NCBI RefSeq assembly: GCF_009914755.1
Contig: NC_060927.1
Strand: one strand, 5' to 3'
Origin: the human T2T-CHM13v2.0 reference genome, Homo sapiens
Length of the DNA: 64,000 nucleotides
Below, piece after piece: positions 13,390 through 33,130 of the stretch (its first letter is position 1; each line of letters begins with the position of its first letter). The position numbers were made by a program, and so were the translations under genes. Below the pieces are notes generated by a model. It saw nothing but the letters and a program-made list of their open reading frames with translations, was not told where the DNA came from and did no database searches.

Positions 13390-14420
13390 GGGAGTAATTT
13401 GAGGTCGAATCAGGAGAGACTTCCTGGAAGATGTAGGGGCAAAGAGGAGATTGCTGTGCCTGGTTGGAGGTCAGGGAAAGCTTCATGAGGTGAAAGGGCA
13501 GGCCAAACAGAAGGATCGGGGCAGAGCTGGGAGAAAGAGCAGGAGGCTCAGATGAGCCTATGTGATGGGGGCATACGTGACAGTCTGGCACTTGCAGTGT
13601 GCAGGGCTGGGGTGAGGGCAGTGGGAACCAAAAGGCCACAGGCCCTGATGCCAGCCTAGGGGGTGTGTGGGCTCCTGAAGGTAGAGGGTTGAAATGGCCA
13701 AATTGGTGGTTTAAAGGAACCCCTGGACAACGGTGTGGAGGGTGGACTGTGGTCTGGGGAGAGCCTGAAACCTAGAGAAGGTGGAGTCTGGAGGCTGGGG
13801 CAGCATTGCATGGGAGAGAAGATGGCGGCAGGAGCCAGGCAGGGGTGGAAGGAGAGGCCAGAGGGGAGTGCTTTCGGGAGGAAGGAGCCAAAGGTGCTTC
13901 AGGGCTCATGCAGTGGGCACTCAGCAGAAGAGCAGTCAAGGAGGCCCAGTGGGGACAACCGGGACGTTCATGGGAGTCTCGAACTCAGAGATACAGACTG
14001 GGTGGTGTCTGCCTATTATAACTGGTGTCCTGGGAGAGGGCGTCCCCAGGGAAACCCGAGGCCAGGGAAGAGAAGCAGCCCAGGAGGTGACCCCACACGC
14101 TCTCAATATTAAGAAGACAGCCCTTAGGGGAGACCAAGAAGGAGCCACCAGGGAGGCAGGAGGGACAGCAGGAGAGTGGCATCAGGGGAGACCGGGGCAG
14201 CAAGAAGGAAGGCTCACCAGTGCCTGTGCAGACAAAGACCAGGCTTGAGGGTGGCCATGGACCAAGGGTGGGTTGGCCAGCCTTCAGTGGCCTTCAGCAT
14301 GAAGAAGAGTGAAAAGATGGGGTCAAGAAGCGTAGACAACCTTTCCTAAGACTTGGCTTGGGAGAAGCCATGGTGAAAGGCCATGTCTGGAGGGGCTTGG
14401 GAACATTTTGAGACTGAAAA
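13390..14420. mobile_element. Old L2 LINE remnant
   Basis: Purine-rich degenerate L2-type motifs (CAGGAGAGACTTCCTGGAAG, TTTAAAGGAACCCCTGG..TGTGGAG, GTAGACAAC..AAGACTTGGC). Confidence 0.55.
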
Positions 14421-14587
14421 AAACAGTGAAGAAGGATGCAGAAGGGGATAGATGGAGCAGAGCCTTCGTCTGGCTGACGGCTGGGTCCAGAGAGCATGTG
14501 GTATGGCCTTGAACTGAAAGGGCAACTTGTCCCTTGCAAGAGTGAGTCTCTAGGTTGGGGGTGGCTACTGTCTTCATTTACCAGTTC

Positions 14588-14948
<361 letters not shown>

Positions 14949-15097
14949 TAGCAGTCCATCATACTGACTCCTGAGGAGTAGAAGGATGTAGAATAGGCAC
15001 CTGGCTCTCTTCCTCTCTGGAGGGATTTAACGCTCTTGAGCACCCCTGGCTATGACAATCTCCGGTCAGGTCTGGGAGGTTGTCAGAGATGAAGAAA

Positions 15098-15275
15098 CCA
15101 CTTCCTCATCTTGCACACAAGGAAGGCCTCACTCACTGCCCAGCAAGTCCTGTGAAGCAATAGCCAGGGGCTAAAGCAAACCCCAGCCCACACCCTGGCA
15201 GGCAGCCAGGGATGGGTGGATCAGGAAGGCTCCTGGTTGGGCTTTTGCATCAGGCTCAGGCTGGGCATAAAGGAG
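15098..15275 (+). promoter_or_regulatory. CAMP: CAMP proximal promoter (ETS/PU.1-like, C/EBP-like sites, TATA-like box)
   Basis: CCACTTCCTC at ~15098, TGAAGCAA at ~15153, TTGCATCA at ~15245, CATAAA at 15266-15271; motif matches only. Confidence 0.6.
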
Positions 15276-15302
15276 GCTCCTGTGGGCTAGAGGGAGGCAG
15301 AC

Positions 15303-15512
15303 ATGGGGACCATGAAGACCCAAAGGGATGGCCACTCCCTGGGGCGGTGGTCACTGGTGCTCCTGCTGCTGGGCCTGGTGATGCCTCTGGCCATCATTGC
15401 CCAGGTCCTCAGCTACAAGGAAGCTGTGCTTCGTGCTATAGATGGCATCAACCAGCGGTCCTCGGATGCTAACCTCTACCGCCTCCTGGACCTGGACCCC
15501 AGGCCCACGATG
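15303..15512 (+). CDS. CAMP: Cathelicidin antimicrobial peptide (hCAP18) exon 1: signal peptide + start of cathelin domain
   Basis: [70 protein letters not shown], donor GTGAG at 15513; second in-frame ATG at 15312. Confidence 0.98.
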
Positions 15513-16153
15513 GTGAGCTTTGGGGGACATTCTGCTCTGCTCTGGCTGGGCTTGGCCACGTGTTGTTCCTTCTGCTCCTGCTGCACTGCCTGCCAGGAGG
15601 GCATCTCCCCCTTTAAATGTGGTCCCGTGTTTTCCAGGGAACCTTCTAGAGCTCGTGTCTCCTCCCAGCTCGAGAGCTTCCTGCCTTATAATTCCTGCTG
15701 TGGCAGAGATACCCTCACCCCGACCCCACGCAGGTTTTGGGACTTCTGCGAGCTCCAGGCACTAGAATGGGGTCATTGGCTCTGGGCAGTGACCTCCTCT
15801 GCTTTAAGTCTCTTCTGTACCACGTTACCCCACATAGGGAAGAACTCTATCCAGACTTTAGGTTCCAGTGGGCATGTCTTGTCCCCCAGGAAGCCCCCTG
15901 ACTTCCCTTGCCCCCACCCCAGAGTGGGAGGGGCTCCTTGTTAGAGCTCATCTGAGGTCTGCTCCTACTCACTGTTCACCTAGGAGGGTAGGAATGGCTC
16001 AGTCCTCCTCCCCTCAATGCCCCAGTGCCAAGCCCAGCACCCAGTGCCCGTCGCACATCAGGTACTGTGGAAAGCCTGCCCTCTTGGTGGGGAGGTCATG
16101 GACACAAATCAGAAAATACAAGAATGGGCCTCCCCATTTCCTCCTCTGACTAG

Positions 16154-16261
16154 GATGGGGACCCAGACACGCCAAAGCCTGTGAGCTTCACAGTGAAGGA
16201 GACAGTGTGCCCCAGGACGACACAGCAGTCACCAGAGGATTGTGACTTCAAGAAGGACGGG
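16154..16261 (+). CDS. CAMP: CAMP exon 2 (cathelin domain)
   Basis: AG|[36 protein letters not shown]|GTGAG, 108 nt, phase 0-0. Confidence 0.98.
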
Positions 16262-16402
16262 GTGAGGCTGGGGGCTGGGGGTGTTGGTGGGTGCCTCCCA
16301 AGGAGCTGAACAGGGGGCACCTGGGGAATATTTCCCACTGGGATGTGGCTGGGAGGTCATGGCAAATGGTTTCAAGTTTGACCTTGAGCTTCTCCTTTCC
16401 AG

Positions 16403-16474
16403 CTGGTGAAGCGGTGTATGGGGACAGTGACCCTCAACCAGGCCAGGGGCTCCTTTGACATCAGTTGTGATAAG
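16403..16474 (+). CDS. CAMP: CAMP exon 3 (cathelin domain)
   Basis: AG|[24 protein letters not shown]|GTGAGT, 72 nt. Confidence 0.98.
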
Positions 16475-16639
16475 GTGAGTGGGCTGTTCTGGGATGCAGG
16501 GGCTGATGGGGGCATAGAGTGTGGACCATCCAATGGGTCAATTAACTACTCCCCCAACCCAGGACAGAGAAAGCCCCTCCTACCCAGGGCTCTTCCCCAA
16601 ACCTGAGTTCCATCTCCAGGGCCGGCTCTGGAATCCCTT

Positions 16640-16808
16640 AGAGCGGTAGATCTCCAAGTGTAGCCCTTCCTGGGGACTCGTTAGATATGCAAATTCTCAG
16701 GCCCTACTCAGACCTACTCAGACAGACTCTGGGTAGGGCCCAGAAATTCGTATTTTGATAAGCTTTCCAGGAGATTCCGGCTTCTGTAAAGTTTGAGAGC
16801 CACTGTCT
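16640..16808. mobile_element. MER5A1-like DNA transposon in CAMP intron 3
   Basis: GTTAGATATGCAAATTCTCAGGCCC..CAGACCTACT..AAGTTTGAGAGCCACTG. Confidence 0.65.
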
Positions 16809-17092
16809 AAGAGTACTCAGCTCTCAGCCCTGTGTTCCCATCTCAGTGTTGCTGGGCTGGGCTGTGTGACCCTGCAGAGCCCCTCACTATCTCCGGGACT
16901 CTGTTTTCTCATCTTTTTATTGGGTGTAGGGATTCAATCACATGCTTCAAAGGTCACAGCCAGAGGTTGAACTGGGGCCCCAAAGCTCCTGCGGGGGCCC
17001 ACGAAGAGGGGCGTCTAGGTGGGGAGGGGTCTTGGATTGACCCTGGGTACATCCCCGACAAGGAACCTGTTTCTTCCTGTACACAACCCCAG

Positions 17093-17224
17093 GATAACAA
17101 GAGATTTGCCCTGCTGGGTGATTTCTTCCGGAAATCTAAAGAGAAGATTGGCAAAGAGTTTAAAAGAATTGTCCAGAGAATCAAGGATTTTTTGCGGAAT
17201 CTTGTACCCAGGACAGAGTCCTAG
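17093..17224 (+). CDS. CAMP: CAMP exon 4 encoding mature LL-37 (17111-17221)
   Basis: AG|[43 protein letters not shown]; spliced CDS is 173 aa from the first ATG. Confidence 0.99.
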   Translation, partial: DNKRFALLGDFFRKSKEKIGKEFKRIVQRIKDFLRNLVPRTES

Positions 17225-17263
17225 TGTGTGCCCTACCCTGGCTCAGGCTTCTGGGCTCTGAGA

Positions 17264-17269
17264 AATAAA
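17264..17269 (+). terminator. CAMP: CAMP polyadenylation signal
   Basis: AATAAA 40 nt after the stop codon, followed by a U/GU-rich stretch. Confidence 0.85.
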
Positions 17270-17821
17270 CTATGAGAGCAATTTCCTCAGGCTTCAGTCT
17301 CACTTGTTTTGCCTCCTCTCTCTCACCACAACTGAGCCCTTAGCTCAGGGAGTCCACGTGTGAGTGTGAGTGTGTGTGAGTGTGACACAGAGGTGGCGAG
17401 GGCAGTGTTCCATCCAGGAGGACACAGGGTAAGGCAGTAGGGCCAAGAGATCCAAGATGGCATTCCCATTCTCAGTGGAACCCCCAGTGGGGAATTAAGG
17501 AGCTCTACTCTGTGTGTGGTGGTGGGGGAATGCTGTGGAGCTGTTCCTGCTCATGGGGAGGTGACATTCAAGGGAGGGGCCAAGCGTGTTGTTAACACTC
17601 AGAGAAGCATGGTCCAGTCCCATGGGTGGCTGGCCAACTGGGTGCGGTCTCCCTGCAGGTACAATTCCCATAAAATTCCAATGCTTCCTAAAAGACTTAA
17701 CTCAGGAAAGCCCATAACTCCTGGCATTTCCTCTGGCATTGGGACACATCACAGTTTCTTCAGGTGGGTAGCAGATTTAACTTGTGAGCTTGTGTTTAGG
17801 GATTGTTAAAAACAAGAATAT

Positions 17822-18622
<801 letters not shown>

Positions 18623-18699
18623 GGAGAATCCTGCTCAGTGGAGTGAGGTGCTGTGGCTAGAAGAGACATGCAGAGTGTGACACACAGGTCGCGACTCTG

Positions 18700-19105
18700 T
18701 TGTGCTGGTGTTTCAGACATGGATCGTGTTCTCCCCACTCACCATTCTGTAGCCACTAGAAGCACCTGCAGCTTTTTGCTATGGGGTTGCTCAACTGGAA
18801 GTACTGGGAAGTCTATGCTCCAGGGAGCAGCCTCAACCAATGATAGGTGGGAGCTGGTGGAAAAATATTTGTTCTTCTCACCCGTGGGGGGCACACTCAG
18901 AGGTGTGTTTCACATCTCCCAGAGGTCCCCAGGTGGGCTACCCTCAACAAAGACCTGTTCATGACCACATCCTCTTCTGACTTGTTCGTTCCCTGTCTCA
19001 CTTCTCTACACTCCTGCAGGTGCTTTCTGTAGTTGCTTCCCAAATACACTACTCTCACTTAAATCCTTAACTCAGGTCTGCTTCCAGGCCAACCTAAACT
19101 AAGAC
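18700..19105 (+). mobile_element. LTR16-like ERVL solo LTR
   Basis: CAGCCTCAACCAATGA..GGGAGCTGGTGGA..CTTCCCAAATA..CTCAGGTCTGCTTC..AACCTAAACTAAGACA end. Confidence 0.6.
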
Positions 19106-19189
19106 ACAGGCATCCCTCTCTGAGAGGAAGAGAAGGCAAAACCTCACAAGAACACTTGCTTTGTTTTCTGTTATGCTTGCTTCTTCTTT

Positions 19190-22100
<2,911 letters not shown>

Positions 22101-22424
22101 AAGACACATTAAAAAGCCTTGACAATCCTGAGCATTGATAAAGTTGTGGAGGGTGGAGCCATCCTGGGGAGCCATTTGGAAGTACCTAATAAATATGAAT
22201 ATATGTACACCTGTGAACCAGCCATTCTGCCCCTTGGTCTACAGCATAGAGCAGCTGTTCTCCAGGTATTGTCTGGGAACCCCTGGGGGCAACGTGAGAC
22301 TTTCAGTGGGTCTGTGAGGTAAGATATATTTTTTTCTCTCTCTAAATAGCTCTTAAGTGGAGTTTTGGAGACTATGTGGTATCTGATATCTTTGGGGAAC
22401 AGCTTCAACACAACATCCTGGTGA

Positions 22425-22688
<264 letters not shown>

Positions 22689-23087
22689 TGAACCCTGACC
22701 TCAGGTGATCCATCCACCTCAGCCTCTCAAAGTGCTGGGATTATAGGTGTAAGCCACCACGTCCAGCTTGAACCACAGTTAATCTGAATCTTGGCAGAAT
22801 TCCCTGTGGTCCTTCCTGGGACATGAGAGCCTAGAAGCTTGTGAGGAGCTGCTCCCCTAGGCCACTTCCAACTTGCCTCCCTATATCTCCTGGGAGGGTT
22901 CTGGTGAGATATGTGGCTTTCTGCCTTGGCCCTAAAGGGTTTAGTTGTATACTCTAAAGCCACTTAACCGGCTGGGCATGGTGGCTCACACCTATAATCC
23001 CAGCACTTTAGGAGGCAGAGGTGGGTGGATCACCTGAGGTCAGGAGTTCTAAACCAGCCTTGCCAACATGGCGAAACCCCACTACTA

Positions 23088-23237
<150 letters not shown>

Positions 23238-23240
23238 TTA

Positions 23241-23402
<162 letters not shown>

Positions 23403-23405
23403 TCA

Positions 23406-23594
<189 letters not shown>

Positions 23595-25084
23595 TTAAAA
23601 CCAACAGTAAGTGCAAAACTATGCCTACTGGTGCATGCATATTCCCTGATCTCTCTATTGTTTTCACTCCAGATCTCAGCTGCTTTAAAGAATAAAAACC
23701 TCCTTGGGGGCCTGCCTCCTCTGCATTGCCCTGCATTCCCTGAACTCCCAGCTGAGGAGATAAGGTGGTCTCCTGGCAGCTGGAGTGCCTGTGTAAAACT
23801 GTGTTTTTGCAAAAAAAGGACTTGATAGAGTTTGGACAAAACTTGCAGTGCAGAGAAAAAAAGTCAAATTAACTATGTGGTTTGGGTGGATTCATTGTGT
23901 GTAAAAATGTATAATTGGTATTAACAGTGTATTACATCTTTGAACCTTAAATGCTCATAAAATGTTAGAGAAAATTGCTTTGATGTCCAATGCTATAAAT
24001 GATGTTCTGTTCATTGGCAAGCCAGAAATGTCTACTTTCTGTGTTAACAGCAGTCAGCATGGGTGACTGGTAAACCCCAACAAAACTCAGAGGACTGCTT
24101 GCCAATTAAAATTTCTTGAAACAACATGGGTGGATTCACAAGGCTAATCTCTCCGGCAGTCAAAGAACAATTGCTGCCTCTTACAAAGTAAGAACTCTGT
24201 GTTCCCAGTATTAACACTACTGCTGCATGCCAAACTTGTAACTCCTGTCAAAAGCTGGCCCATTTATCTTCTAGTAAAAAACTGGTCATACTACACAGGA
24301 GTCTGTCCCCACCTGCATCTGCAGCGATCTTTGACCTCCACCCACTCCAGGCTAATGGCTGTACTTTTCTTCCCAGGTTTTTCCTTTATTCAGGTTTTAA
24401 AGCGTTTCCGTCCATTCAGTTGACTCTGGCCCCACTGTGGCCCTTGAAACTAATCTGTTACGTTTTATTCAATGGACATTTCACAGACCCAAGTAGCTGA
24501 TCCTGCCGAATGTATCGTGGAAATAGATGCTTTCAGTATGAGTGATATTTGTCCTGACCTCAAGGGATGCTCCCAATGGGGAAAGGCCACTGTTAGGACA
24601 GTGGCAGTGGGACAAGTGCACAATTGGGAGCCCACCAGGCCACACGATGGCAGTAAAGCAGCATATAATACAAGGCTGGGACGGTGCGGGGGCACTCTAC
24701 CCACTAAAGAGCCAGGAGAGGCAGAAGTGCTAAAGGAAACCCGACACCCTGTGTGGACTGCCCTCCCACTCAGCCAATTAGTCCCAAAGAGCCTTAACAT
24801 TAAGAGTGTGGGTGACTGGTAAGTATGCAGACTGGAGCCTGTGGCAAAAAGATGTAGCCGCTAAGCAATGATCCCCCTGTGGACGTGGATAAAGCATTTG
24901 TCTGATGCCACTACCAGGTATATCCTTTTTGAGAGGAAATTATTGGCTTGTTATTGGCTGTTAGTGGACATTGAGAGACTAACAAAGCAACAGCAGGTGT
25001 TATTATGCCCTGACATCCATGAGAGGGTCAAAAATGAAAACACCAACAAAACGGATTTTTCCCAGAAAAGAAATAAACTAAGAG

Positions 25085-25547
25085 TGTAACAGGAAGAGCC
25101 GCAGACAAAACCCCTCACACACAGAGTTGAGGAAGGAAAGGGCTTTATTTGGCCGGGAGCGTCGGCAGACTTATGTCTCCAAAAACCGAGCTCCCCAAGT
25201 GAGCAATTCCTGTCCCTTTTAAGGGCTTACAACTCTAAGGGGGTCCATGTGAGAGGGTCGTGATCGATCGATTGAGCAAGCAGCAGGTACATGACAGGGG
25301 GCTGCATGTACTGGTAATCAGAACCGAACAGAACAGGACAGGGATTTTCACGATGCTTTTCCATACAATGTCTGGAATCTATAGATAACACAAGCAGGTC
25401 AGGGGTTGATTTTTAACTACCAGGCCCAGGGCATGGTGTCAGGCTGTCTGCCTGTGGATTTCATTTCTGCCTTTTAGTTTTCACTTCTTTTTTCTTTGGA
25501 GACAGAAATTGGGCATAAGACAGTATAAGGGGTTGTCTCCTCCCTTA
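25085..25547 (-). mobile_element. LTR2 (HERV-E) solo LTR
   Basis: Reverse complement begins TAAGGGAGGAGAC..TGTCTTATGCCCAATTTCTG and ends TTTTGTCTGCGGCTCTTCCTGTTACA, as in the recalled LTR2 consensus. Confidence 0.85.
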
Positions 25548-25701
25548 ACAGTTTAACACGTGCAGGAAAAAGTGGCTAGTCACCTTCTAGATATGGCTGT
25601 CTCAAATGTGGGGTTCTGTGCCAGAGCTTCCTGGGGGCTTTGGTACACCACTGTTTCTGAAAATGCCTGGGCCTGATTCAGGGACACATCAGCTCTGTTA
25701 A

Positions 25702-26162
<461 letters not shown>

Positions 26163-26706
26163 TAACATTTTCACTGACTGGTGGGGAGTAGCTGATGGAC
26201 TGGCAATGTGGTCTGGTGCCTGGCAGTGGGGCATCTTGATGATTAAGTCTCAAAGACTGAGGTCTTTTTAGGGATGAACACTGTGGCAGCAGACTACACT
26301 GGACTCACAGCCCCGTTCATGACTCTTGTGGCTGCCCATGAAAAACGACCATTCAAAGATGAACATCGATGGAATCGACAAGTTAATCAGACCCATGCTG
26401 GCCAGGTAAGGACCACGGCCATGTGGACATACTATCACACAAGGCATGGTAATCCATCTGCAACTCAGGACTGCATCGCCAAATTTGGCATAGTGATTCC
26501 AGCACGGGAGGCTAAGGAAGTCTGGCAAGTGTGCCTGACTGCCAGCTACACAGTTGGGTGACAAAGGGAACTCCAGGGTGCATAACCAGGGGTGCTATCC
26601 CTGTCTGCACAATAGACATGGGCCAGACTATTCGAGGATTCTTAGATGGACTATGTTACATATTTAGATTCCCTGAACACGTCTAATCAACAATGGGCTA
26701 CTTTTA

Positions 26707-27105
<399 letters not shown>

Positions 27106-27144
27106 TCATTGAGCTCTTGCTGGGTCAGGATTAATATTTGATGA

Positions 27145-27465
<321 letters not shown>

Positions 27466-27910
27466 TAGCAACATTAAATGGACTAAGACAAAAAAAAAAG
27501 TAAAAAAAAAAGATTCTTAATCTAAGGACTCTTAGAAATCTTCTGACAACTGCTGACTGCAAGAGTGAACAGCCTCCACTAGAGATGACAGAACAAGATT
27601 AACTTTCTAGGCACTGATATAATTTTCTTAAGCCTCAATCTATAATTGTTGAACTCTTTTATAGATTTTCCATAGACTATAGCAATTGCCCAATGTCCTA
27701 AGTTTAAATGATTATTGGACCCTGATCCCACTTCAGCAAAATGCTGCTGCTGAGACTGCTACTACTTTATGTGTGAATGTCAGGCCTATACTTGTCTGTG
27801 AAACACAAGCTAGTTTAAAACTCTGGCTGGGCGTGGTGGCTCACGCCTGTAATCCCAGCACTTTGGGAGGCCCAGGCGGGCAGATCATTTGAGGTCATTT
27901 GAGGCCTACA

Positions 27911-28533
27911 TTATTTTAGGCAGATAGTGAGGGCAAAAGAGTCCTCGGCAGAACTTCCCTTTCTAACAAAAAGCAGCCCAAGAAATAACTTCTTTTCTAA
28001 CAAAGCACAGCCTGAAAGATTGGGCTGCAAACATAGATAAGGAAGCTGGAAGCTTGCACGGGGGGATGCTGGCAGCTGCACTGATAGAAATGGCTACCTG
28101 GGGCCAGGCATGTCTAGCATGGGGGCTCCACTTTCTCTTTTTTGTTAGCATGTGCACAGTGAGAAAGAAATAAGCAACAAGGAGTAGCTCTCTGCTTAGG
28201 CAGAGGACCCACCTGCATAATAAAAGATTGGGGTGGAGGCTGCCAGAGATTCACATTGTATGCAGATGGTACACCTGGTCCTAACCAGTTTTTGCGCCCT
28301 ATGCAGATCAGATACCACCTCCCCACCAACTCATCTATAAAAACCCTAGCATTTCACTGCTCATCAGCAGCCTATTTTTCCAGGACCCATCTCTGTAGCA
28401 GAGAGTTATTCTTTCTTTTGCCTATTACAGTTCTGCTCTAAACCTCACCCTCTGTGTGTGTCACATGTCCTTGATCCCTGTGACTATGAGACCAAGGACC
28501 TCAGATGTCACCCCAGACAACAAGGCCACTTCA
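27911..28533 (+). mobile_element. LTR9-like ERV1 LTR, 5' end truncated next to an Alu fragment
   Basis: TTAGGCAGATAGTGAGGG..AAAAGCAGCCC..CTAACAAAG..AGCTGGAAGCTTGCACGGG; ends ..CCCCAGACAACAAGGCCACTTCA. Confidence 0.65.
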
Positions 28534-30085
28534 GTAGGGGAAGAGGGGAAGGGCTCTATCCTGTGACCTTGCACATAACCATGCAGCCTCTCAGGCAAGA
28601 CTTTAACTGCAGTGAATCTGAGTCTTGGCAGAACACCTTGTAATCCTCCTGGAACACAAACTCCTGGGAGGCTTGTGAGGATCCTCTCTAATGCCATCTT
28701 CCGTTTATCTCCCTGTCTCCCTTATGAGAGTTTTTGTTTGTTTGTTTGTTTGTTTGTTTTTTTGAGACATAAGTCTCACTGTCGCCTAGGCTGGAGTGCA
28801 GTGGAGTTCACTGCAACCTCCGCCTCCCTAGTTCAAGCGATTCTCCTGCCTCAGCCTCCTGAGTAGCTAGGATTACAGTCACGTGCCACCATGCCTGGCT
28901 AATTTTTGTATTTTTAGTAGAGACGGGGTTTCACCATGTTGGTCAAGCTGGTCTCGACCTCCCGACCTCAGGTGATCTGCCCACCTCCGCCTCCCAAAGT
29001 GCTGGGATTACAGGCACGAGCCAGAGCGCCCAGCCTCCTTATGAGGGTTTTGATTAAGTATGTGGCTTTCTGCGCTGGCTCCCCAGGGTACAGCTGTAGG
29101 CTATAAAATTGCTCAATTGCAGTCTAGAATTGGCTCCTCAGCAACAGGCTGTCCTATTATTCGTGATGTAGTCATCTGGTCCCTTTTGTTTTGGTGTCAC
29201 TTAGTATAAAGGCCGCAAGGAGCTGACACCTTTGGCACTTTTCCTTTTGCTGTCTATATGTGTAATAAAATGTTAAAATTGAAGAAAGGTTCACTGTTAC
29301 TTAACCCATCAGTTCTGTCAGGAGTTTGCTTGGTCCTCCTGCTATTACAACAGCTTAACAGCTATTACAACAGATTGGATGCAGAAGCAGATGGAAAATT
29401 CAGCTTATTTATTTATTTATTTATTTATTTTGGTGGAGTTTTAGCTCTTGTTGCCCAGGCTGACGTGCAATGGTGCAATCTTGGCTCACTGCAACCTCCG
29501 CCTCATTCAAGCGATTCTCCTGCCTCAGCCTTCCGAGTGGCTGGGATTACAGGCACACACCACCATGCCCAGCTAATTTTTTTTGTATTTTTAGTAGAGA
29601 CGGTGTTTCACCATGTTGGCCAGGCTGGTCTCAAACCCCGGACCTCAGGTGATCCACTTGCCTCGGCCTCCCAAAATGCTGGGATTACAGGCGTGAGCCA
29701 CTGCACTCTGTTAGCTTCTTCTATTGAGTATTAATTTGCAAAACTGTAAAATAATGCCTCTTTTGTTACTAAATTTTTTAAAGGAAATCATATTTTCATA
29801 AAAATATGTTAACAAGTAATGGGTTTATTATTGTTTTTAAAATGAATATATACATATATGAAATTTCTGCATTGAAATATCTAGTTTGGTAAATAGTGAT
29901 GAATTTAGCTCACACAAACAAAAGTATAACCATCCAATGGGTCCACCTTCCCTGCTGCCTAGACAGAGCCAGTTTATCAAAGACAGCAAAATTGCAATAG
30001 AAAAAGAGTAATTCGGCTGGGCGCGGTGGCTCACGCCTGTAATCCCAGCACTTTGGGAGGCCGAGGCAGGCCGATCACGAGGTCA

Positions 30086-30322
<237 letters not shown>

Positions 30323-30593
30323 TCATGCAGAGCCGGCTGTGCGGAAGACCAGAGTTTTATTATTACTCAAATCAGTTTCCTCAAAAACTCAGAGATCAAA
30401 ATTTTTAAGGATAATTTGGTGGGAAGGGGGCCAGTGAATCAGGGTGCTGATTGGTTGGCTCGGGATGAAATCATAAGTTGAAGCTGTTCTCTTAGGCTGA
30501 GTCAGTTCCTAGGTGGTGGCCACAAAACTGGTTGGCAGGTCCAGCTGGGGCCGTTCAGTTGTCAGAAATGCAAAAATCTGAAAAGACATCTCA

Positions 30594-31240
<647 letters not shown>

Positions 31241-31313
31241 CCAACCAAAAAAAAAAAGAATCCAAAAATATTAGCGGGGTATGGTGGTGCGTGCTTGTAA
31301 TCCCGGCTACTCA

Positions 31314-31463
<150 letters not shown>

Positions 31464-31737
31464 TCAAAAGAGTAATTGGGGAAGTTGTGCGTCTTAGGGC
31501 CTCTGGAATAATGGCTGGTAATATTTAGAATTCCAGCCCTTCTCATCCTAATTTGGTGGCTGGTGGCCTTTCATTCATTTTACAAGAACAGTTTAGCCCT
31601 TGGGAAGGGCTATTATTTAAGCTATAAACTGAATTCCTTCCCAAGGCTACTTTGGCCTATGCCCAGAAGTGGACAAAGACAGTTTAGAGGTTGAAAGGAA
31701 GATGAGGTGGGTTAGATCTGATATCTTTTACTGTCAT

Positions 31738-32361
31738 TGATAAGGCTCTGATGACTGGAGGAACACCAGGGTCCTTGGTCTCTGATAGGCTTAATAACAC
31801 AGACACACGTGGAGTGGTTTTAAGGAGCGAAAAGTTTAATAGGCAAGAAAGAAGGAAGGAAGACGAAAACAGCTCCCCCATACAGAGACAGAGGGAGCGG
31901 GGATTCCAACAAAGAGAAAGCGCCGTGTGCGGAAAAGTGGCTGCTTATCTGAGGATGCTGGAGGAGGCGGTGTCTGGTTTCCATAGGGCTCAGGGGATTA
32001 GTTTGATCAGATGTGTCATTTATGTGGCAGCCAAAAACCTGGCCCTCCCACCCTAGCTTTTTAATATGCAAATGTAGGGCTCCATGAAGTTCTACACACG
32101 TGGGAATATGTGGGGGGTGGCCATGTTGCCAGGCACATGTCAGGGCAAAGAAAAGGACGGCGGGAATCGCCATGTTTGGGTGCGTCCAGTTTCTAATGGC
32201 CTGTATTTCCATATCAAAGCTTGCCATCCTGCTCTAGGAGCCCAGGCTTTCCTGCTAGACAAGAAACCTTTCTGGAGCTGCTTTAAAAGAAACAAAAACT
32301 TCCCAAGGACCACTTTCCTTCTCTATCTGCTTAAAATAATTTCTTAATAACTCCTATAACA
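31738..32361 (-). mobile_element. MER61-like ERV1 solo LTR nested in LTR8
   Basis: TG...CA termini with 4-bp TSD TCAT (31734-31737, 32362-32365); family name from memory. Confidence 0.65.
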
Positions 32362-32714
32362 TCATAATTTCCTTAGGTATAATTTTGCAAAGGCGGTTTC
32401 AAAAGCTCTTTGGGGTCCTCAGTAATTTTTAAGAGTGTAAAAGGATTTTAACAACAACAAGTTTGCGAACCACTGTCCTTGAGAAGCTCTCCATGGATGC
32501 GCATGAGTCTGTCCAATTGGAGTCCTGGTGTATTTCTACATTAGATACCACACAGCAGTGAACACACAATGAACAGGTCAACACGTGTCATTATAGAACT
32601 GCGCAAAAGAGCTAGTAGCAGGCATTGTAAGTGTATTTATATAATGTTTACAACCATGGAAAACAACACTATATTTTGCTTATGGGTACCTGTGGTAAGC
32701 ACAACCCCAAATAT

Positions 32715-33130
32715 TGCGGCCGAGGGGGACCTAGAAGGTCAAAGTGCGCCTCAGCATTTTCTCTCGCCCTGCACAAGCCGCATTCCGCCCCGAGAACTAC
32801 GCTTCCCGGCAGGCTGCGCGCCGCGCGGTGACGCACTTCACCCAGTCCTGCTTCTTTCTTCTGGCGCCGCCAGTGGCCCGCGGTGCGCATTCTAATCCGT
32901 TTCACACACGGTGCTGCTACCTCGTTTGCTTCGTGCGTGCGTGCGCAGATGTGGGCCCCGCGGGAGCAGCTACTGGGCTGGGCTGCGGAAGGTGAGTCGG
33001 GGCCGCGAGATCGCCTCCCCCATTCGGTGCTCCAGCCGCAGGCGCCGCGCAGGCGTCGGCCGTATCCACCAGGGATGCGCGTGGGGTGCGAGCTGTGTGA
33101 GGCGCTGACTACCCCTACAGCGGCTCTTAC
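32715..33130 (+). promoter_or_regulatory. ZNF589: ZNF589 CpG-island promoter
   Basis: CpG-rich and TATA-less; GC box CCGCCCC ~32785, ZNF143/SBS-type AACTACGCTTCCCGGCAGGC 32795-32814, CRE-like GGTGACGCA ~32827. Confidence 0.8.
32949..32991 (+). CDS. ZNF589: ZNF589 coding exon 1
   Basis: ATG..MWAPREQLLGWAAE + G, donor GTGAGT. Confidence 0.9.

Noticed and set aside
15513-15944. Extension of the CAMP exon 1 ORF to 213 aa
   Set aside because: Read-through into intron 1 past a canonical GTGAG donor; no recognisable protein similarity
24290-24770. Segment interrupting the ERVL pol frame, possibly an inverted or foreign piece
   Set aside because: Identity and orientation cannot be resolved by eye; needs a Dfam search
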